A stretch of DNA of 59,409 bases from Pseudogymnoascus verrucosus (taxonomy: Eukaryota): the NCBI GenBank assembly GCA_001662655.1, contig KV460234.1; one strand, 5' to 3'. Below the pieces are notes generated by a model. That model had not been told where the DNA came from. It ran no database searches and saw only the letters and a list, made by a program, of their open reading frames with translations. A program made the position numbers and the translations under genes. Below, piece by piece: positions 37,217 to 49,138 of this stretch; the stretch's first letter is position 1; each line of letters starts with the position of its first letter.

Positions 37217-37682
37217 CTTGGCAGAAGATCTTTGGCAATTGCGTATATATATGCGGTGATTGCGATGCAAGAAATGGCAAGAGCGAGTGTTGCCTGATTG
37301 TCAGAGGTATGGGCGCGCGAAAAATAGTTCTTCAGTGAAGGAGCTGGACAATGCCGAAACTGGCGTCGGAAACTAGTCGGTGCAGCGGTGCTCAAAGAGG
37401 CGCAAATAGAGTCTAACTTGCTGTCAGTATATTCCATACGCTCTAACTTTAATTTCAAATTTGATTTAGATTGACTTACCTTGAACTACTCTCAACCACA
37501 AGTCGTTCTTGTCCTTTTGGTCGGCGGTTGTGAGAGTTGGAGAATTCACCAAGGACGGATAAACAAGCGCCCGAGAATAGAGGGGAGATCCCAAACCCAT
37601 AAAACCTTAAACCAAACTAAGGTGACTTTGCGTCACACATACCCCCCCCCATTGAAGCAAATCAATATCAAAAATCTAAGGC

Positions 37683-38972
37683 ATGTCATTTCGAAAAAGA
37701 AATGTAGTTGTCTCTTCACCTGGGGCCGCTACACCACCTCCAAGTGCTGCAGAAAAGAATGTGGTTCCAGGTGTGCGACCTTCGCCAATCGATGGACGAC
37801 CTACCACATCGACCGGAACGAGATCCCTTGATAGTTTGCTGGGTGGGCATGCTGGTTTACCTCTAGGGACCTCCCTCCTCATTGAAGAGAGTGGTGCTAC
37901 GGACTTTTCGGGTGCATTGCTTCGGTACTATGCTGCTGAAGGCGTTTTACAGGGTCACTGCGTTCATGTGCTTGGAGTCGATGATTCCTGGGCGCGTGAG
38001 TTGCCCGGTGTTCAGGCTTCGTCATCGCTGCCTGCTGGGAAATCTGGACAGAATGCTGCTGCCGAGAAAATGAAGATTGCGTGGAGGTATGAGAGGCTTG
38101 GGGAATTTGGAAAAGGTGGGCGCTCTTGTGCCATGCCGGACAGTCATCAAGGATTACTGCCCATTGAGGAATTTTGGACCCGATGCTGACCCTCGACATG
38201 TATAGATAGGCAATCAGGCCCCCAAACTAGCACGGGTTCTAATGACTTGAGCGGTCAAGCAGTCTTTTGTCACGATTTTGATCTCAGCAAGCGCCTGACT
38301 CTCCCCGATCCAACGCTTCTACGATGCGTCCCTGTGCATACTCAGGCGGGCGCTATTATCACCGGCGATGAGGGCATAAGATCCCCATTTGACGGCTTTC
38401 TGCGGCATTTGGTGGCACAAATCTCTTCCCTGCCACCAGGAACGATCCACCGCGTCGTCATTCCCACCATTCTTTCCCCCGTGGCATATCCAAGTGCGGC
38501 ATCAGATCCCCGGCATGTCTTGCAGTTTCTTCATGCAATCCGCGCCCTTCTCCGCCGATTTCCAAACCAACTAACTGTCATGACATCGCTACCTCTATCC
38601 CTCTACCCTCGCGTGTCCGGCTTGACGCGCTGGATGGAGATACTGAGCGATGGAGTGTTGGAGCTTGCCCCCTTTCCATCACATGCGAACCTTGCTCTAG
38701 CTACTAGCGTACCTAGTTCAACAATTCTGCAGGAGGAGCCTCCACAGGGGTTACTAAGGGTCTATGAGCTGCCGATATTGCACGAAAAGGGCGGGGGGGA
38801 GCACCAGAGCGGGTATACCGACGACTTGGCGTTTACACTGAGTAGGAGGAAGGGTCTAACAATAAAGCCCTTTAGCCTGCCACCACTTGATAGCGACGAC
38901 AGTCCTGATTCACACCATCATGAGTCTGGTCACAGTCATGGGAAATCTACTAAAGTGGACATAGAGTTTTGA
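37683..38972 (+). CDS. ELP4: Elongator complex subunit 4 (PAXNEB)
   Basis: MSFRKRN...PGVRPSPIDGRPTTSTGTRSLDSLLGGHAGLPLG..LLIEE...LLRYYAAEG...MKIAWRY / FCHDFDLSKRL...DLAFTLSRRK..IKPFSLPP...DIEF*. Confidence 0.93.
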
Positions 38973-39807
38973 TGCAAATCAATATGGTCAAGTCCAATGC
39001 TACGGTTTACGCTCTGGAGGCTGCCTCTAGGTGCAACAGACTGGTGACCTTGTGCCAGTCACCAGCTATGACAAGGTAGGAAAGCCTGGAACATACCATA
39101 TGGATACAAACCAATATATTGTGGAGTATTGTAGTATGAGTTCGCTGCGGCTCGGGGTCTGCCTGTGATGCTGACACTGTACTGGATGTGTTGGCGTGGG
39201 GATTGTATGTTGGAGATTGGAGCAACATAGATATGATATACTTATAAATAATCAACGACTCAAATAGTTCGACCATTAAAAAAACAAATTAAATACAACA
39301 TAACGTGGTTTTGTATGTGCTTGGCACTATGTCCATAAATTCCTACTATTAATTTACCGGTATATATCTTGCCTCCATAAATTAGACATACCCATTCAGA
39401 ACGGAGTGTTATATACGTGGACGTTCCGGACTGGCGAGGGGCTATTTCCATGGTCATGAACTACGATACATCAGAAGGTTTGGTCGATTGCGATTGCCAC
39501 GCGAGTCGCTCGTTCTATGTTTTGCCGAGGGTCCGACCTCCACATCGCAGGGTCACTGAACCCACCACTTTCCAACCTCACCTTCCTCCAGTACCAATCG
39601 AACGGTAGTAGCTACCAGCGACAGTAGTCCCGCTAGGTCCCTCACCAACGAAGATGAGGACATCCAGATTGACCTTTGGTTAATGCGCGCAAACAAACCC
39701 CCCCAACAACATATCCGCTACAGAGACTCAGCCGCCATCACTTCCGGCTGGACGCCTTGCGTGCCTTTGATCTCCTCAGAAGTCGACAGGCTGGCTAACT
39801 CCTGACA

Positions 39808-42753
39808 ATGGAAGTTGGTGAGAAAGTAGGCGATCTGAATCTGGATCATGCGACGACAATATTCAATCTCACACTGTGGACAACGAAGCAGCTGAAATCT
39901 GCAGCGAACTTGACCCAGTACGCTCCTTCCGCAAAGGACCTCCTCCTGGCTGGACCACGGATGGGGATGAGGCTGGGTTCGTTTGTCTTCAAACTACCCC
40001 ATACTATCGATGATGCATTCGGCGCTCGATGGGCCCAAAGTGTCACCACAGAAGCTCTTGACATCGGCAGGGTTGAAGTAACCTCGAATACAGCAACAAT
40101 GGTGGGGGAGATGGCAGGGTCGGCAATCATGGACGATCCAGTAAACATCGCTCCAAGCCTAACATCAAAAATATCATTGGAAAGTGGTCGAAGTTTTGGA
40201 AACATGGTAGCATATGCGACAAGTCGCTGGAGTCTGGGGTGTTTCCTGATGGCTATCATTGTGAACCGAACCCAGGTTTATGCTTCAACACGTCGACCTC
40301 TTGCGCTGGGGATCCGCACAAGACTGGCTCTTAGAGCTCTTCCAATTATTCTTCTAGCGATACAAGCTCGCTGGCTTCTCCAATCCATACAATGCCAAAC
40401 TTCACCGGACTTTGGTATGCTTAGGTGGGGAAATGCAACAAAAACTTCCGAGCTCATGTTTACACAAAACGGGGGGCCGTTGCACACCATGAGCACCATC
40501 CTGCTATTCGGGGCCTCCGATGGGGATTCATGCCGTGCTGTGAGAATGGTCCCCCCTATAGAGGAGGATCAAGCCGATTCAAAAGCACTGAACAATCCTC
40601 CGAAGCTTTCAGGGTCACTGGCGACGCTCTGGCCCTTGTTCCAATCTTTATGTGTTAGTCAATTTGTGGAAACTCTCTCCTGTGCTGTCCAAGGTCGCCA
40701 TGTCGCGTCGGAAACTGGTATGACCTTGTTTGAACACTCTCTCGCATTTGCAGAAGCCGATGCAGCTATCAGTTCGTCACTCGGATGGGGCCCGTTTGGC
40801 GGAACACCATCAAAGAAGATTCTAGATAGTCACACAAAGGCGTTCTCAGATACATCGAGTAACTCTGGGACATCAAGCAGATTTCCAGAAATTGCCATCA
40901 GCCGGTCGATGATCATGCAGCGGATCAATACTCCGGCAGAAGTTCTTCTCATTGGTTTTCTTTCAAGCATGAGCCACATCACGAGCCACATCCTTGGTAT
41001 TTTCAATGTTCAGGGCCGATTCAGGCTGCTTAGCACCGCGTTCTGGGGACTCTGCTTCATGGCAATGATAACCCGTAGTATTGTTGACTTCTCTGTTGAT
41101 GATGCCTCGAATCAGAGTCTGCTTAGATTTCCTACCGTCTGCATCATTGGGTTCATTCCGCATGTGATGATACTCACAGGAATATTACTCTGCGCGGCCA
41201 TATATGGCTTTGCCATTCTCCTGGCTGCCTTGGCGCCACCGCATGGTGTTCAACCACAGAGAGGATCATTCCTACAGCATTTGGCAGCGGCGCATAACAA
41301 TATGCAGGCTAGCGTTCCATTGGGGAATATCCGTGTTAGCCTGCATATGGACTTCTATTCGGCTCTCCTTAAGATTGGGTTTAGTGCTTTAACTATGGCG
41401 AGCCAAGCCGTCTATCTCAACGAGAGCCTCGAGGTCAATATTAAACATCAGACATGGCTCGAGGATGAGAGACTTCGAGAGATCGAAGAGACAGGAGCAC
41501 ATTGGCTGGGACCAAACTTTCGTCAGGGCATGGGGGACGGCTCTGGCCTCGTTATCAATAAGGACCATCTATCAGCAAGGAGTGGGTACGCAAGAGAGAG
41601 AGTAGCACAAGACCCTGGGAAAACGAAACCATCCGACAAAATCGTACGGGATGGGGTTGGTGCCACAGAAAGGAGCGGAAGATGGATTATGGCCTTCGAA
41701 TTTCTGGCTGGAATTGCCAAGCTTATTGCTAGCTGGTTTGCCGTGGTTGCAATTAAGGTATTGGCCCGATTGGGAGTCCGTGGTAGGCCACTGTGGCTAC
41801 ACTGGCTCGTCAAGAACAAGAGTGCAACCCAAACTGTTGCGAGCAAAAGAGACGTCAAAGGTCCGGAACCCGAGACCTTGGATTTCTGGCTATTGAATAA
41901 TGAGGGGGAGCTAATGCTGCCCCCGGATGACAATGTCGACGTTGAATTTGAAACGAGGCGCCTCCTTCGAGGTGATAATTCACGATGGTCTCCTCGAGAC
42001 GAGCAGCAACTCGATTCAAACTTGTACGGCTGGTGGTTGAAAGGTGGTTGGTGGGGAGGGGATGACAATAGTGGACAGTTCGTTCCACGGAATAGCGAGG
42101 TTGAGGATGATATGACAAGTATGATCTCAACATCCGATATATCAACCGATCAGGAATGGGACTCAGAAAGTGACGAGGATAGTGGGCAACGGACGCCAAC
42201 TCAGAAATCTTTGTTTATAGATCGAGAGTCAACCTCAGTTCCGGATACACCCCTATCATCGGCTGAGCTGGTACGGCTACTGAATCCACAGACCCCAGAC
42301 CAACGTGCCGAAGCTCAGACTTTAGCTGCACACTTAGGCAGCGACACTATCATGACTCGATCACGATATCGAGACTTGCACCAGCGGGAGAAAGCAAAGG
42401 TTCTCATGTCAACTCGGCTTCGCCCTCCGCACCTCCATGACGTCGAAAGGCTCACTCCTGAAGAGGAATCCCAGCTGCTCGAATATCTTATCGTTTCACG
42501 CCGTCGCCCCTCAGGAAGCGCCACTGTTACCACATCTGAGCCATCGTCATGGGCCGAAGGGGCATCCGGGATGGGTGATGGTGGCCCGCTTTGTGTCGTG
42601 TGCCAGAGTACTCCAAGGAGTATTATTGTGTGGCCATGCCGTTGTTTGAGCCTTTGTGATGACTGTCGGGTGACTCTTGCTATGAACAATTTTGACAAGT
42701 GCGTCTGTTGCAGGAGAGACGTGGGTAGTTTTAGCAGAATATTTGTCCCTTAG
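39808..42753 (+). CDS. ASI3: Asi1/Asi3-like inner nuclear membrane RING ubiquitin ligase
   Basis: Multi-TM N-terminal half (SQFVETLSCAVQGR...ETGMTLFEHSLAFAE) and C-terminal RING CVVCQ..PRSIIVWPCRCLSLCDDCR...CVCCRR. Confidence 0.85.
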   Translation: MEVGEKVGDLNLDHATTIFNLTLWTTKQLKSAANLTQYAPSAKDLLLAGPRMGMRLGSFVFKLPHTIDDAFGARWAQSVTTEALDIGRVEVTSNTATMVGEMAGSAIMDDPVNIAPSLTSKISLESGRSFGNMVAYATSRWSLGCFLMAIIVNRTQVYASTRRPLALGIRTRLALRALPIILLAIQARWLLQSIQCQTSPDFGMLRWGNATKTSELMFTQNGGPLHTMSTILLFGASDGDSCRAVRMVPPIEEDQADSKALNNPPKLSGSLATLWPLFQSLCVSQFVETLSCAVQGRHVASETGMTLFEHSLAFAEADAAISSSLGWGPFGGTPSKKILDSHTKAFSDTSSNSGTSSRFPEIAISRSMIMQRINTPAEVLLIGFLSSMSHITSHILGIFNVQGRFRLLSTAFWGLCFMAMITRSIVDFSVDDASNQSLLRFPTVCIIGFIPHVMILTGILLCAAIYGFAILLAALAPPHGVQPQRGSFLQHLAAAHNNMQASVPLGNIRVSLHMDFYSALLKIGFSALTMASQAVYLNESLEVNIKHQTWLEDERLREIEETGAHWLGPNFRQGMGDGSGLVINKDHLSARSGYARERVAQDPGKTKPSDKIVRDGVGATERSGRWIMAFEFLAGIAKLIASWFAVVAIKVLARLGVRGRPLWLHWLVKNKSATQTVASKRDVKGPEPETLDFWLLNNEGELMLPPDDNVDVEFETRRLLRGDNSRWSPRDEQQLDSNLYGWWLKGGWWGGDDNSGQFVPRNSEVEDDMTSMISTSDISTDQEWDSESDEDSGQRTPTQKSLFIDRESTSVPDTPLSSAELVRLLNPQTPDQRAEAQTLAAHLGSDTIMTRSRYRDLHQREKAKVLMSTRLRPPHLHDVERLTPEEESQLLEYLIVSRRRPSGSATVTTSEPSSWAEGASGMGDGGPLCVVCQSTPRSIIVWPCRCLSLCDDCRVTLAMNNFDKCVCCRRDVGSFSRIFVP

Positions 42754-42963
42754 TGCGCTTACATAGACGAGTAGTCACGGTTGCTGTAGCATTATTTACA
42801 CGAAACACAAATAACAGTTTCAAATGGATACGAAGATAATTCTACAGTACAAGTGCATCAGAAAGTTGTGAATTTGGCATATAATAACCTACGTGTGGTC
42901 AGCTTGTTGCATATCTCTGCATTGAACTCTGCTGAAGTGGTGGTATCCGTAATGCTCCATCCT

Positions 42964-43890
42964 CTACATCCCACCCCATTCGATGCAAAATGGACGAACG
43001 GTGTTTCCTTGCGTTCCAGGACCTTCCCCTCCAATGAGAAACCCTTTCTTCACACCTGTGCCTAAACGCCCGCCGCCCACCAGATCAATGAGGGGTATCT
43101 CTTCTTCCCAATCATGGCCAACGGCAAGAAAGTGACTGTGGAACCTCAAAGGATCCCCAGGGTAAACAGTATAGTCGCAGCCAAACCGAAGGCCAGGTGT
43201 CATGAAATAGTCGAGCGCATGCAAGTGGCAAAACAGTGCGTAGGAAGCCGGCACAACAGGATCCGGTTGCTGTATGTGACCTTGGGATAAAGGCAATACG
43301 GAGCTTGTAGTGGTTGTCGTGACGGCATAAGGTGCAGAAGAAGGGACTGATGGCGAGGAGACTGTTGGCAGTGATGGATGATCAGGGAACAAGGACTCTT
43401 CCGAGGGTGAGCTGTTTGAGAAACTTGTCACGTCGGTTGGTTCTGTCGAGGACTTGGCAACAGTAGACTGCAACGTATCTTTTGAAGCTCGTAATAGAGC
43501 TTGTTTGGCTAAGCCCTTTTCAATTTTCTTTTGCGAGACCTCTTCCGCAGCTCTCCGAGACATCCGACCTTGAGACCTGAGAGAATCCAAATATTTCCTT
43601 CTGTCATCACCTACAAGTGTACTGAATGTTTCACGATGTTGTGATGCATCGTCTACAATATATGCTACCTCTTTCTCGACGAGAAGCCTAGCTTCCTCGG
43701 GAAGTAACTCGACAGGAAGACCAAGGAAGACATTTTGTTGAGGAACTTGTGGAATGCTGCCAATAAGGACACCACAGATGTGATGGGTTCTACGTAAGTA
43801 AGTCACGACGTTGATGTCGAACACCAAGTACCGCCCTGCAATCCTGGAAATCGGGACTGGACCGTCGATCATGGTGTCCCCAGAAGCCAT
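42964..43890 (-). CDS. SEN34: tRNA-splicing endonuclease subunit Sen34
   Basis: HHICGVLIGSIPQVPQQNVFLGLPVELLPEEA and YFMTPGLRFGCDYTVYPGDPLRFHSHF...GGGRLGTGVKK. Confidence 0.93.
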   Translation of the reverse strand: MASGDTMIDGPVPISRIAGRYLVFDINVVTYLRRTHHICGVLIGSIPQVPQQNVFLGLPVELLPEEARLLVEKEVAYIVDDASQHRETFSTLVGDDRRKYLDSLRSQGRMSRRAAEEVSQKKIEKGLAKQALLRASKDTLQSTVAKSSTEPTDVTSFSNSSPSEESLFPDHPSLPTVSSPSVPSSAPYAVTTTTTSSVLPLSQGHIQQPDPVVPASYALFCHLHALDYFMTPGLRFGCDYTVYPGDPLRFHSHFLAVGHDWEEEIPLIDLVGGGRLGTGVKKGFLIGGEGPGTQGNTVRPFCIEWGGM

Positions 43891-44567
43891 CTTAAGATAG
43901 TCAAGGTCAATAACCTATTCCTGTAAAACCATTTGTGTCAGTGAGTGTGACAAGAAGGTGATTTTGGAGTAATGTGGAAAGTAGTGACGATAAATCATTA
44001 ATTAAAACATATATTTGAACTTCATATCCAGAGAGACTCTGGTTCTCAGGGGATTGACAGATTGTTGAATCATATCGAAGATGGGATCGGAATAGGATTG
44101 GATGTACTAACCATAACAATCAAGCATTGGTATTGCTGAGTCTGACAATGTTCAGATCCATTGTGCGGAACTTTTACACTTTTAAATGTTTGGAAACGAG
44201 AATATTTTGAAAACTTATAGTTGACATACGGCGCTAGTATAATGTGCTTATTAAGCAGATTTTTCAATGTGTCCTTGGCGACAACCCTATGACACGTGAT
44301 TTATTATTGTGTCATTGGATAAAAACTCTCACTCATTGTACTGTAGTGTGTATAGGGTACGAGTTCTTCGTGAGGGAGATCTACCCTATCCCAAAGGATT
44401 TAGTAGGATCAAGCGGTTAGTCTCCTTGCCATTGCATATTTCCGCTCCGGTTCTGATAGTCGGACATGCCTTCTGACACATGGCTTCTGACCGCAGCTGC
44501 CTTCCACAGCTTGCTACCGCGTCTTTCCCAGAGCTCAGGTATGTTGGGTTTGCCGTGATGCCTCCTG

Positions 44568-45581
44568 TCAACCTCTCAACTTCAGAGCTACGGACTCTGT
44601 CAGTGCCGCATCTAGTACTCGGTATGACCTCTTTGCCGCTTCGATAGCATTTTCCGATAAAGAATCGTAAGAGGAGTGTCCGTCTTCCGAATATTCCGTG
44701 TCAAAATCCCCCTTCGCCCAGAGATCTGTGATCTCGTCTCGTGAAGGTAAATATCCTACCACACAGGCTGCCAGTATCTCTGAGTGCTCCGAGGGCACCG
44801 GATCTAAAACCAAGGTAGGATGTAGAAGAGTTCCGGATTTAGCGGACACTTGTAACTCTCGATCTCTTACTACCGCTGCTACCCCACCGGAGACCATGTC
44901 CACGCAATCAATTCCCGCATCGGAAATAGCAGCAGAAGCAACTGTAATACAGCCGCTAAGAACATTCATCATACCCCACTGACCCGCTGGTCCTGATTCA
45001 GCCTGGTTGTCGTCCTCCCACCATTGATCCTCCTCGCCCTCCAAAATCGTGACAACAACGTCGACTCCGCTTTTTGGCCATCGGTCTCCAATAATAACTC
45101 CTCTCAACGCCGTTTCGAGGTGCATTGCAAGGTCGCGCTCGCCTGCATCTCGCTGGTACCCACGCCTCTTCCGGGTAGCAAATGGGGCGTATTTAACATG
45201 AGCTGCCAGGACAACATGGGGCGAAAATGGGGCAGATCGGGGCAGTGGTCGTGGCCCATGGACAGTACAGCTTATTTTAAGCCCAGACGATGATAGTGAT
45301 GACAACTTGGGGGTTGATGATTTCGGCTGTGATTCGCACTCGAGATATGCGGAGCCTGAAGCAGACGGAGTGACACCAGTTTTGAGAACTGTAGCATGTT
45401 AGAACGGCCGCCTTTATCAAGTGATTTTAAACAGTTGCGACTGACAAATCTTCCGAATCTCATTTGGCGCTCTTGTTCGAGCCAACCTGCTCTTCGTCTC
45501 GGGGCTACTTACACCACTGCCCATAAACAATGGTGGTGCCGTGCCGCAGCTGGGCCCGTTGATACGGCGTCTGTCGGCCAT
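44568..45581 (-). CDS. MTR3: Exosome complex RNase PH-like subunit Mtr3
   Basis: MADRRRINGP...RTRAPNEIRKI / FLKTGVTPSASGSAYLE...CTVHGPRP...VKYAPFA...WPKSGVDVVVTILE...ASAAISDAGIDCVD. Confidence 0.88.
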
Positions 45582-45902
45582 TTCTTGGGCAGAGAGCTGG
45601 TGTCGTAGAAATGCGATTGCGCTCAAAAGTTCCTAGATCTTCCTCCGTGAAGCATATGCTAATGGCACGCTAGGCGGAACGATTATCCGTCGCTAATTGC
45701 TAGCTTGGGAGTTTTCTGGAGCACCTTTCCCGCTTTAAAAACGAAAACTTTCAACTCCAAATTTACATTTACATTCTACAAACGCAATGAGTGTTGGCAA
45801 AGATCGATGTTCAAAATGGCCTTTGTAGCATACCTACTGTATTGTGCCACGGCGTGAGCATTCAGTTAATACTGTAAGTACTGTCATTTCATACATTCCA
45901 CT

Positions 45903-45981
45903 TGCTCCTGATGAAATTCTTTCACAGAGTTCTGGCGATTACCTGAGCCAAATCGAACAACATGCACTACCATCTGAAGCA
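45903..45981 (+). ncRNA. snR55: Box C/D snoRNA snR55 (guide for 18S Um1269, yeast numbering)
   Basis: Box C TGATGA 45909, box D CTGA 45974, terminal stem TGCT/AGCA. Guide CATGCACTACCAT is complementary to 18S GUGGUGGUGCAUG, with the D+5 nucleotide opposite U1269. Confidence 0.85.
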
Positions 45982-46149
45982 CATCCACCTTCAATCATTA
46001 TCCAAAAATTTCTTCGAGGATCTGGACTGACAGGATTAGAATCATAGGAGATCGGAACTATAGGACAATTTTATTTTCGGCCGCATTGGTAAGCGCGACC
46101 TCTTTTCTTCTTCCAATACCCTGGAGTTTCCTTGTGAACACTCCAATCC

Positions 46150-46234
46150 GTTTCCTGATGAAAAAACATTTCAAACAGTTCTGCTTCTGAACACCTTGAT
46201 GATATCCCATTACCAAAAATATTTTTCTGAAAAC
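46150..46234 (+). ncRNA. snR61: Box C/D snoRNA snR61 (guide for 25S Am1133)
   Basis: C box 46156, D' 46187, C' 46197, D 46227, stem GTTT/AAAC. Guide CAGTTCTGCTT pairs with 25S AAGCAGAACUG (D'+5 = A). TTACCAAAAAT pairs with the adjacent AUUUUUGGUAA. Confidence 0.88.
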
Positions 46235-46358
46235 ATTCTCAAACACCGTTATGCAATGATTACATTTCAAGGCAACAAACTAACGAGACAATAGGCGGCC
46301 CTCAATATCATCAACCACCGGTAAAGGTAGGAAGCAATACCTTTCGTATGAATATCAA

Positions 46359-46608
46359 ATGCCATGATGACAACAGCTTATCCATTCAACTAAGTCGTAT
46401 TCGGCCGAGCCACCCTCCCACACCAGACTGGTCCTTACAGATCGGAATGATAGGTTGTGGAGTTTTGAGGGGCACTTAATTTGGCTTTCGGGCTGGGGTG
46501 TCACTTATGTTATGCTGGCTTCCGTGTCTTAGGTCTTCTCGTTGCGTCTTGGAACGTTAGGGCCTGAGGCCGGCCGAGTTGCTTGAGTAAACCGGCCTGT
46601 CTGAGCGT
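46359..46608 (+). ncRNA. Large (~245 nt) box C/D RNA candidate in third intron, unassigned
   Basis: ATGATGA 46364-46370 and CTGA 46601-46604 with an ATGC/GCGT terminal stem. Hairpin AGGCCGG...CCGGCCT 46567-46598. It occupies the same intronic position as snR55 and snR61. Confidence 0.55.
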
Positions 46609-47542
46609 ACTTCATGTTAAATCATGATGAATATTTGCATTGTCGTGGCTTTTCGCTAACAGACAGTAGTTCTGCATATAGCACCACCTTTTCGTTCTCT
46701 CTTGTGAAGTAATCAATTAAATATATGTAACTTGTGTGAGAAGTTCATAGTTGGTCTGATGGGCCCCGAAATAAACAATAATAGTATTATATCATGACGT
46801 TCTTCAGCACGATTATAGTGACATGGAAGTCGTAGATGGCGGTCAAATACTCTCAATATTCAAGACTTCGTATTGCCCCTATTGAGCTGTACGTCGGCAA
46901 ATTTGATCTGCTGTAGCCCCACAGAAACAAAACACATCGTTGAAGTATCGGTCTTCGTTCCTGTGGAGTTCTTCCCGTCTGTTCTGTTCTGTCCCTCCTC
47001 TCCTGAACTGTCCAAATTGTATATCACGTGATACGATCCTCACTAGCCTGTAGCGGGACCATGATTTTCCACTCCGATTGGCGCGCCTGTTTCAGCTTTT
47101 CCCCCCTACCAAAGAAGAAAGGTGGCCCAAGACCTTGTACTCGTCTCGTAAAGTACTGGTGTACATACGCTCCTCGTTTAAACCTAAATTCCGCGCCCAA
47201 GGGGAACTGAAGGCGTCGTTCCTTGAAGTGACGACCAACGACTATACACCCACCAGCCAGACACGACGCTTGTAGGAATGCAATCCCGTCTGGCGACGAA
47301 CAGTCCAATATTGCTGCCTTTTTTCAAGGTCAATTGCGCTCACCTCTGTATTTAAGCGCAACGGGCACCTGGGCAGGACCGATCAGGGTGAACCACAGCT
47401 GTGTTCAATCGCATCGGTGTTCCGCAAACGTTGGGGACCATCGACTGGCCTACTGATCTCGATTTCCACCTACACGACGTTGAAATACTGTTTGGCTACA
47501 ACTGTCTTAATGTTGCCATCATATGCTTCCCCATCGCCGAAG

Positions 47543-49138
47543 ATGTTATCGAGACATCAGGCAAATGCCTATTCGAAGGGCCACCCATACCCACAAGGCG
47601 GCACTGGTACCTTCACAATTTCTCCACATAGGTAATGCTTTCCAAGATCGAGTTGAATACGCTGTGCGACGGCTGACTAGGTGCTGGTTGTAGGTTCCAA
47701 CCCAGAAGCTCACCGACTGCATTAAGAAAACGGCGAGCCCTTTTAATACGACTTGCTATTTGCCTCGGCGTTGGTTTAGTCTTTTGCATATTTGTATGGC
47801 CTGGGGTGTCAATAATGCCTCTGATAACACTGGGTCTGCTTTCATCCGGGGAAGATTTCCAACTAGAGACAGTGCGGTACTACGACTTATCCAATGTTGG
47901 AGGTACTGCGAGGGGATGGGAAAGAGAGGAGCGTATCCTTCTCTGCGCACCATTACGTGACGCGGAATCACATTTGCCGATGTTCTTTTCTCACCTGCGG
48001 AACCTCACATACCCACATCATTTAATCGACCTTGCATTCCTTGTGTCGGATTCCAAGGACAGGACCTTGTCGGTGTTAACCGAGCTTCTCGAGGGACTCC
48101 AGGCCGAAGAGGATCCAAATCAACCATATGGCGAGATATCCATCATCGAAAAGGACTTTGGTCAGAAAGTGAACCAGGATGTGGAAAGTCGCCACGGATT
48201 TGCAGCCCAAGCTAGCCGGAGAAAACTTATGGCACAGGCGCGGAACTGGCTGCTCAGCGCTGCCTTGCGGCCTTACCATAGTTGGGTATATTGGCGAGAC
48301 GTTGATGTTGAAACCGCTCCTTTCACTATCCTGGAGGATCTAATGCGACACAATAAAGATGTTATTGTCCCCAGTAGGTGAACTGAGGTAGAAAATCCCC
48401 AATTTACCATAGGTCCTAACACTTTGGTGCTAGATGTCTGGAGGCCCCTGCCGGATTGGCTAGGGGGGGAACAACCATATGATCTTAATTCCTGGCAAGA
48501 GTCAGAGACAGCATTGATGTTGGCAGACACCCTCGACGAAGACGCAGTCATTGTCGAAGGGTATGCAGAGTATGCCACATGGCGGCCGCATCTTGCCTAC
48601 TTGCGAGATCCATATGGTGACCCGGATATGGAAATGGAGATTGACGGCGTGGGCGGAGTTAGTATTTTGGCTAAGGCTAAGGTATTCAGGTCTGGGGTTC
48701 ACTTCCCAGCCTTCAGCTTTGAGAAGCATGCGGAGACGGAAGGGTTCGGAAAGGTACGTCCCAACATCTAGCCGGCGCAACGTGAAGCTAAACATAAGTC
48801 AGATGGCGAAGCGGATGAAATTTTCTGTTGTAGGCCTACCACATTACACCATCTGGCATTTGTATGAGCCAAGTGTTGATGACATTCGACACATGGAGGT
48901 ATGTTATATCTCGTCATATAACAACCACTCGACTAACTTGATATAGGAAATGGAGCAGGAGCGCATCGTACGTGAAAATGAAGAGAAAGAGAAAGCTGAG
49001 AGGGCCAAAAAAATTAAGGAACAGTTTGATGATCCCAACAGCCAGTGGGAAAAGGATAAGACAGATATTCAAAGCCTGGCTATGCTTGAGAAGGCAAAGG
49101 AGCAACAAGCAACCGCTACTCCCGTTGCTAACCCTTGA
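47543..49138 (+). CDS. ANP1: Mannan polymerase II complex subunit Anp1 (GT62)
   Basis: ILLCAPLRDAESHLPMFFSHLRNLTYPHHLIDLAFLVSDS...RRKLMAQARNWL...WVYWRDVDVET...VWRPLPDWLG..QPYDLNSW...FPAFSFEKHAETEGFG. N-terminal type II TM anchor; four introns. Confidence 0.92.

Larger units (their letters stand above)
45780..46750 (+). ncRNA. Spliced non-coding snoRNA host gene (three introns, one C/D RNA each); ends approximate
   Basis: Donors GTAAGT 45874, GTAAGC 46089 and GTAAAG 46321. Branch/acceptors CTGAC 46027/TAG 46047, CTAAC 46280/TAG 46294 and CTAAC 46656/AG 46662-46669. Exons are tiny and carry no convincing ORF. Confidence 0.7.

Noticed and set aside
45844..46270. Short ORFs 45844-46047 (+) and 46058-46270 (-), or a decayed protein gene
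   Set aside because: Better explained by intronic snR55 and snR61 with exact rRNA guides.
46624..46759. Fourth C/D snoRNA (ATGATGA 46624, CTGA ~46756)
   Set aside because: Spans the branch site and acceptor of intron 3, with no terminal stem or recognisable guide.
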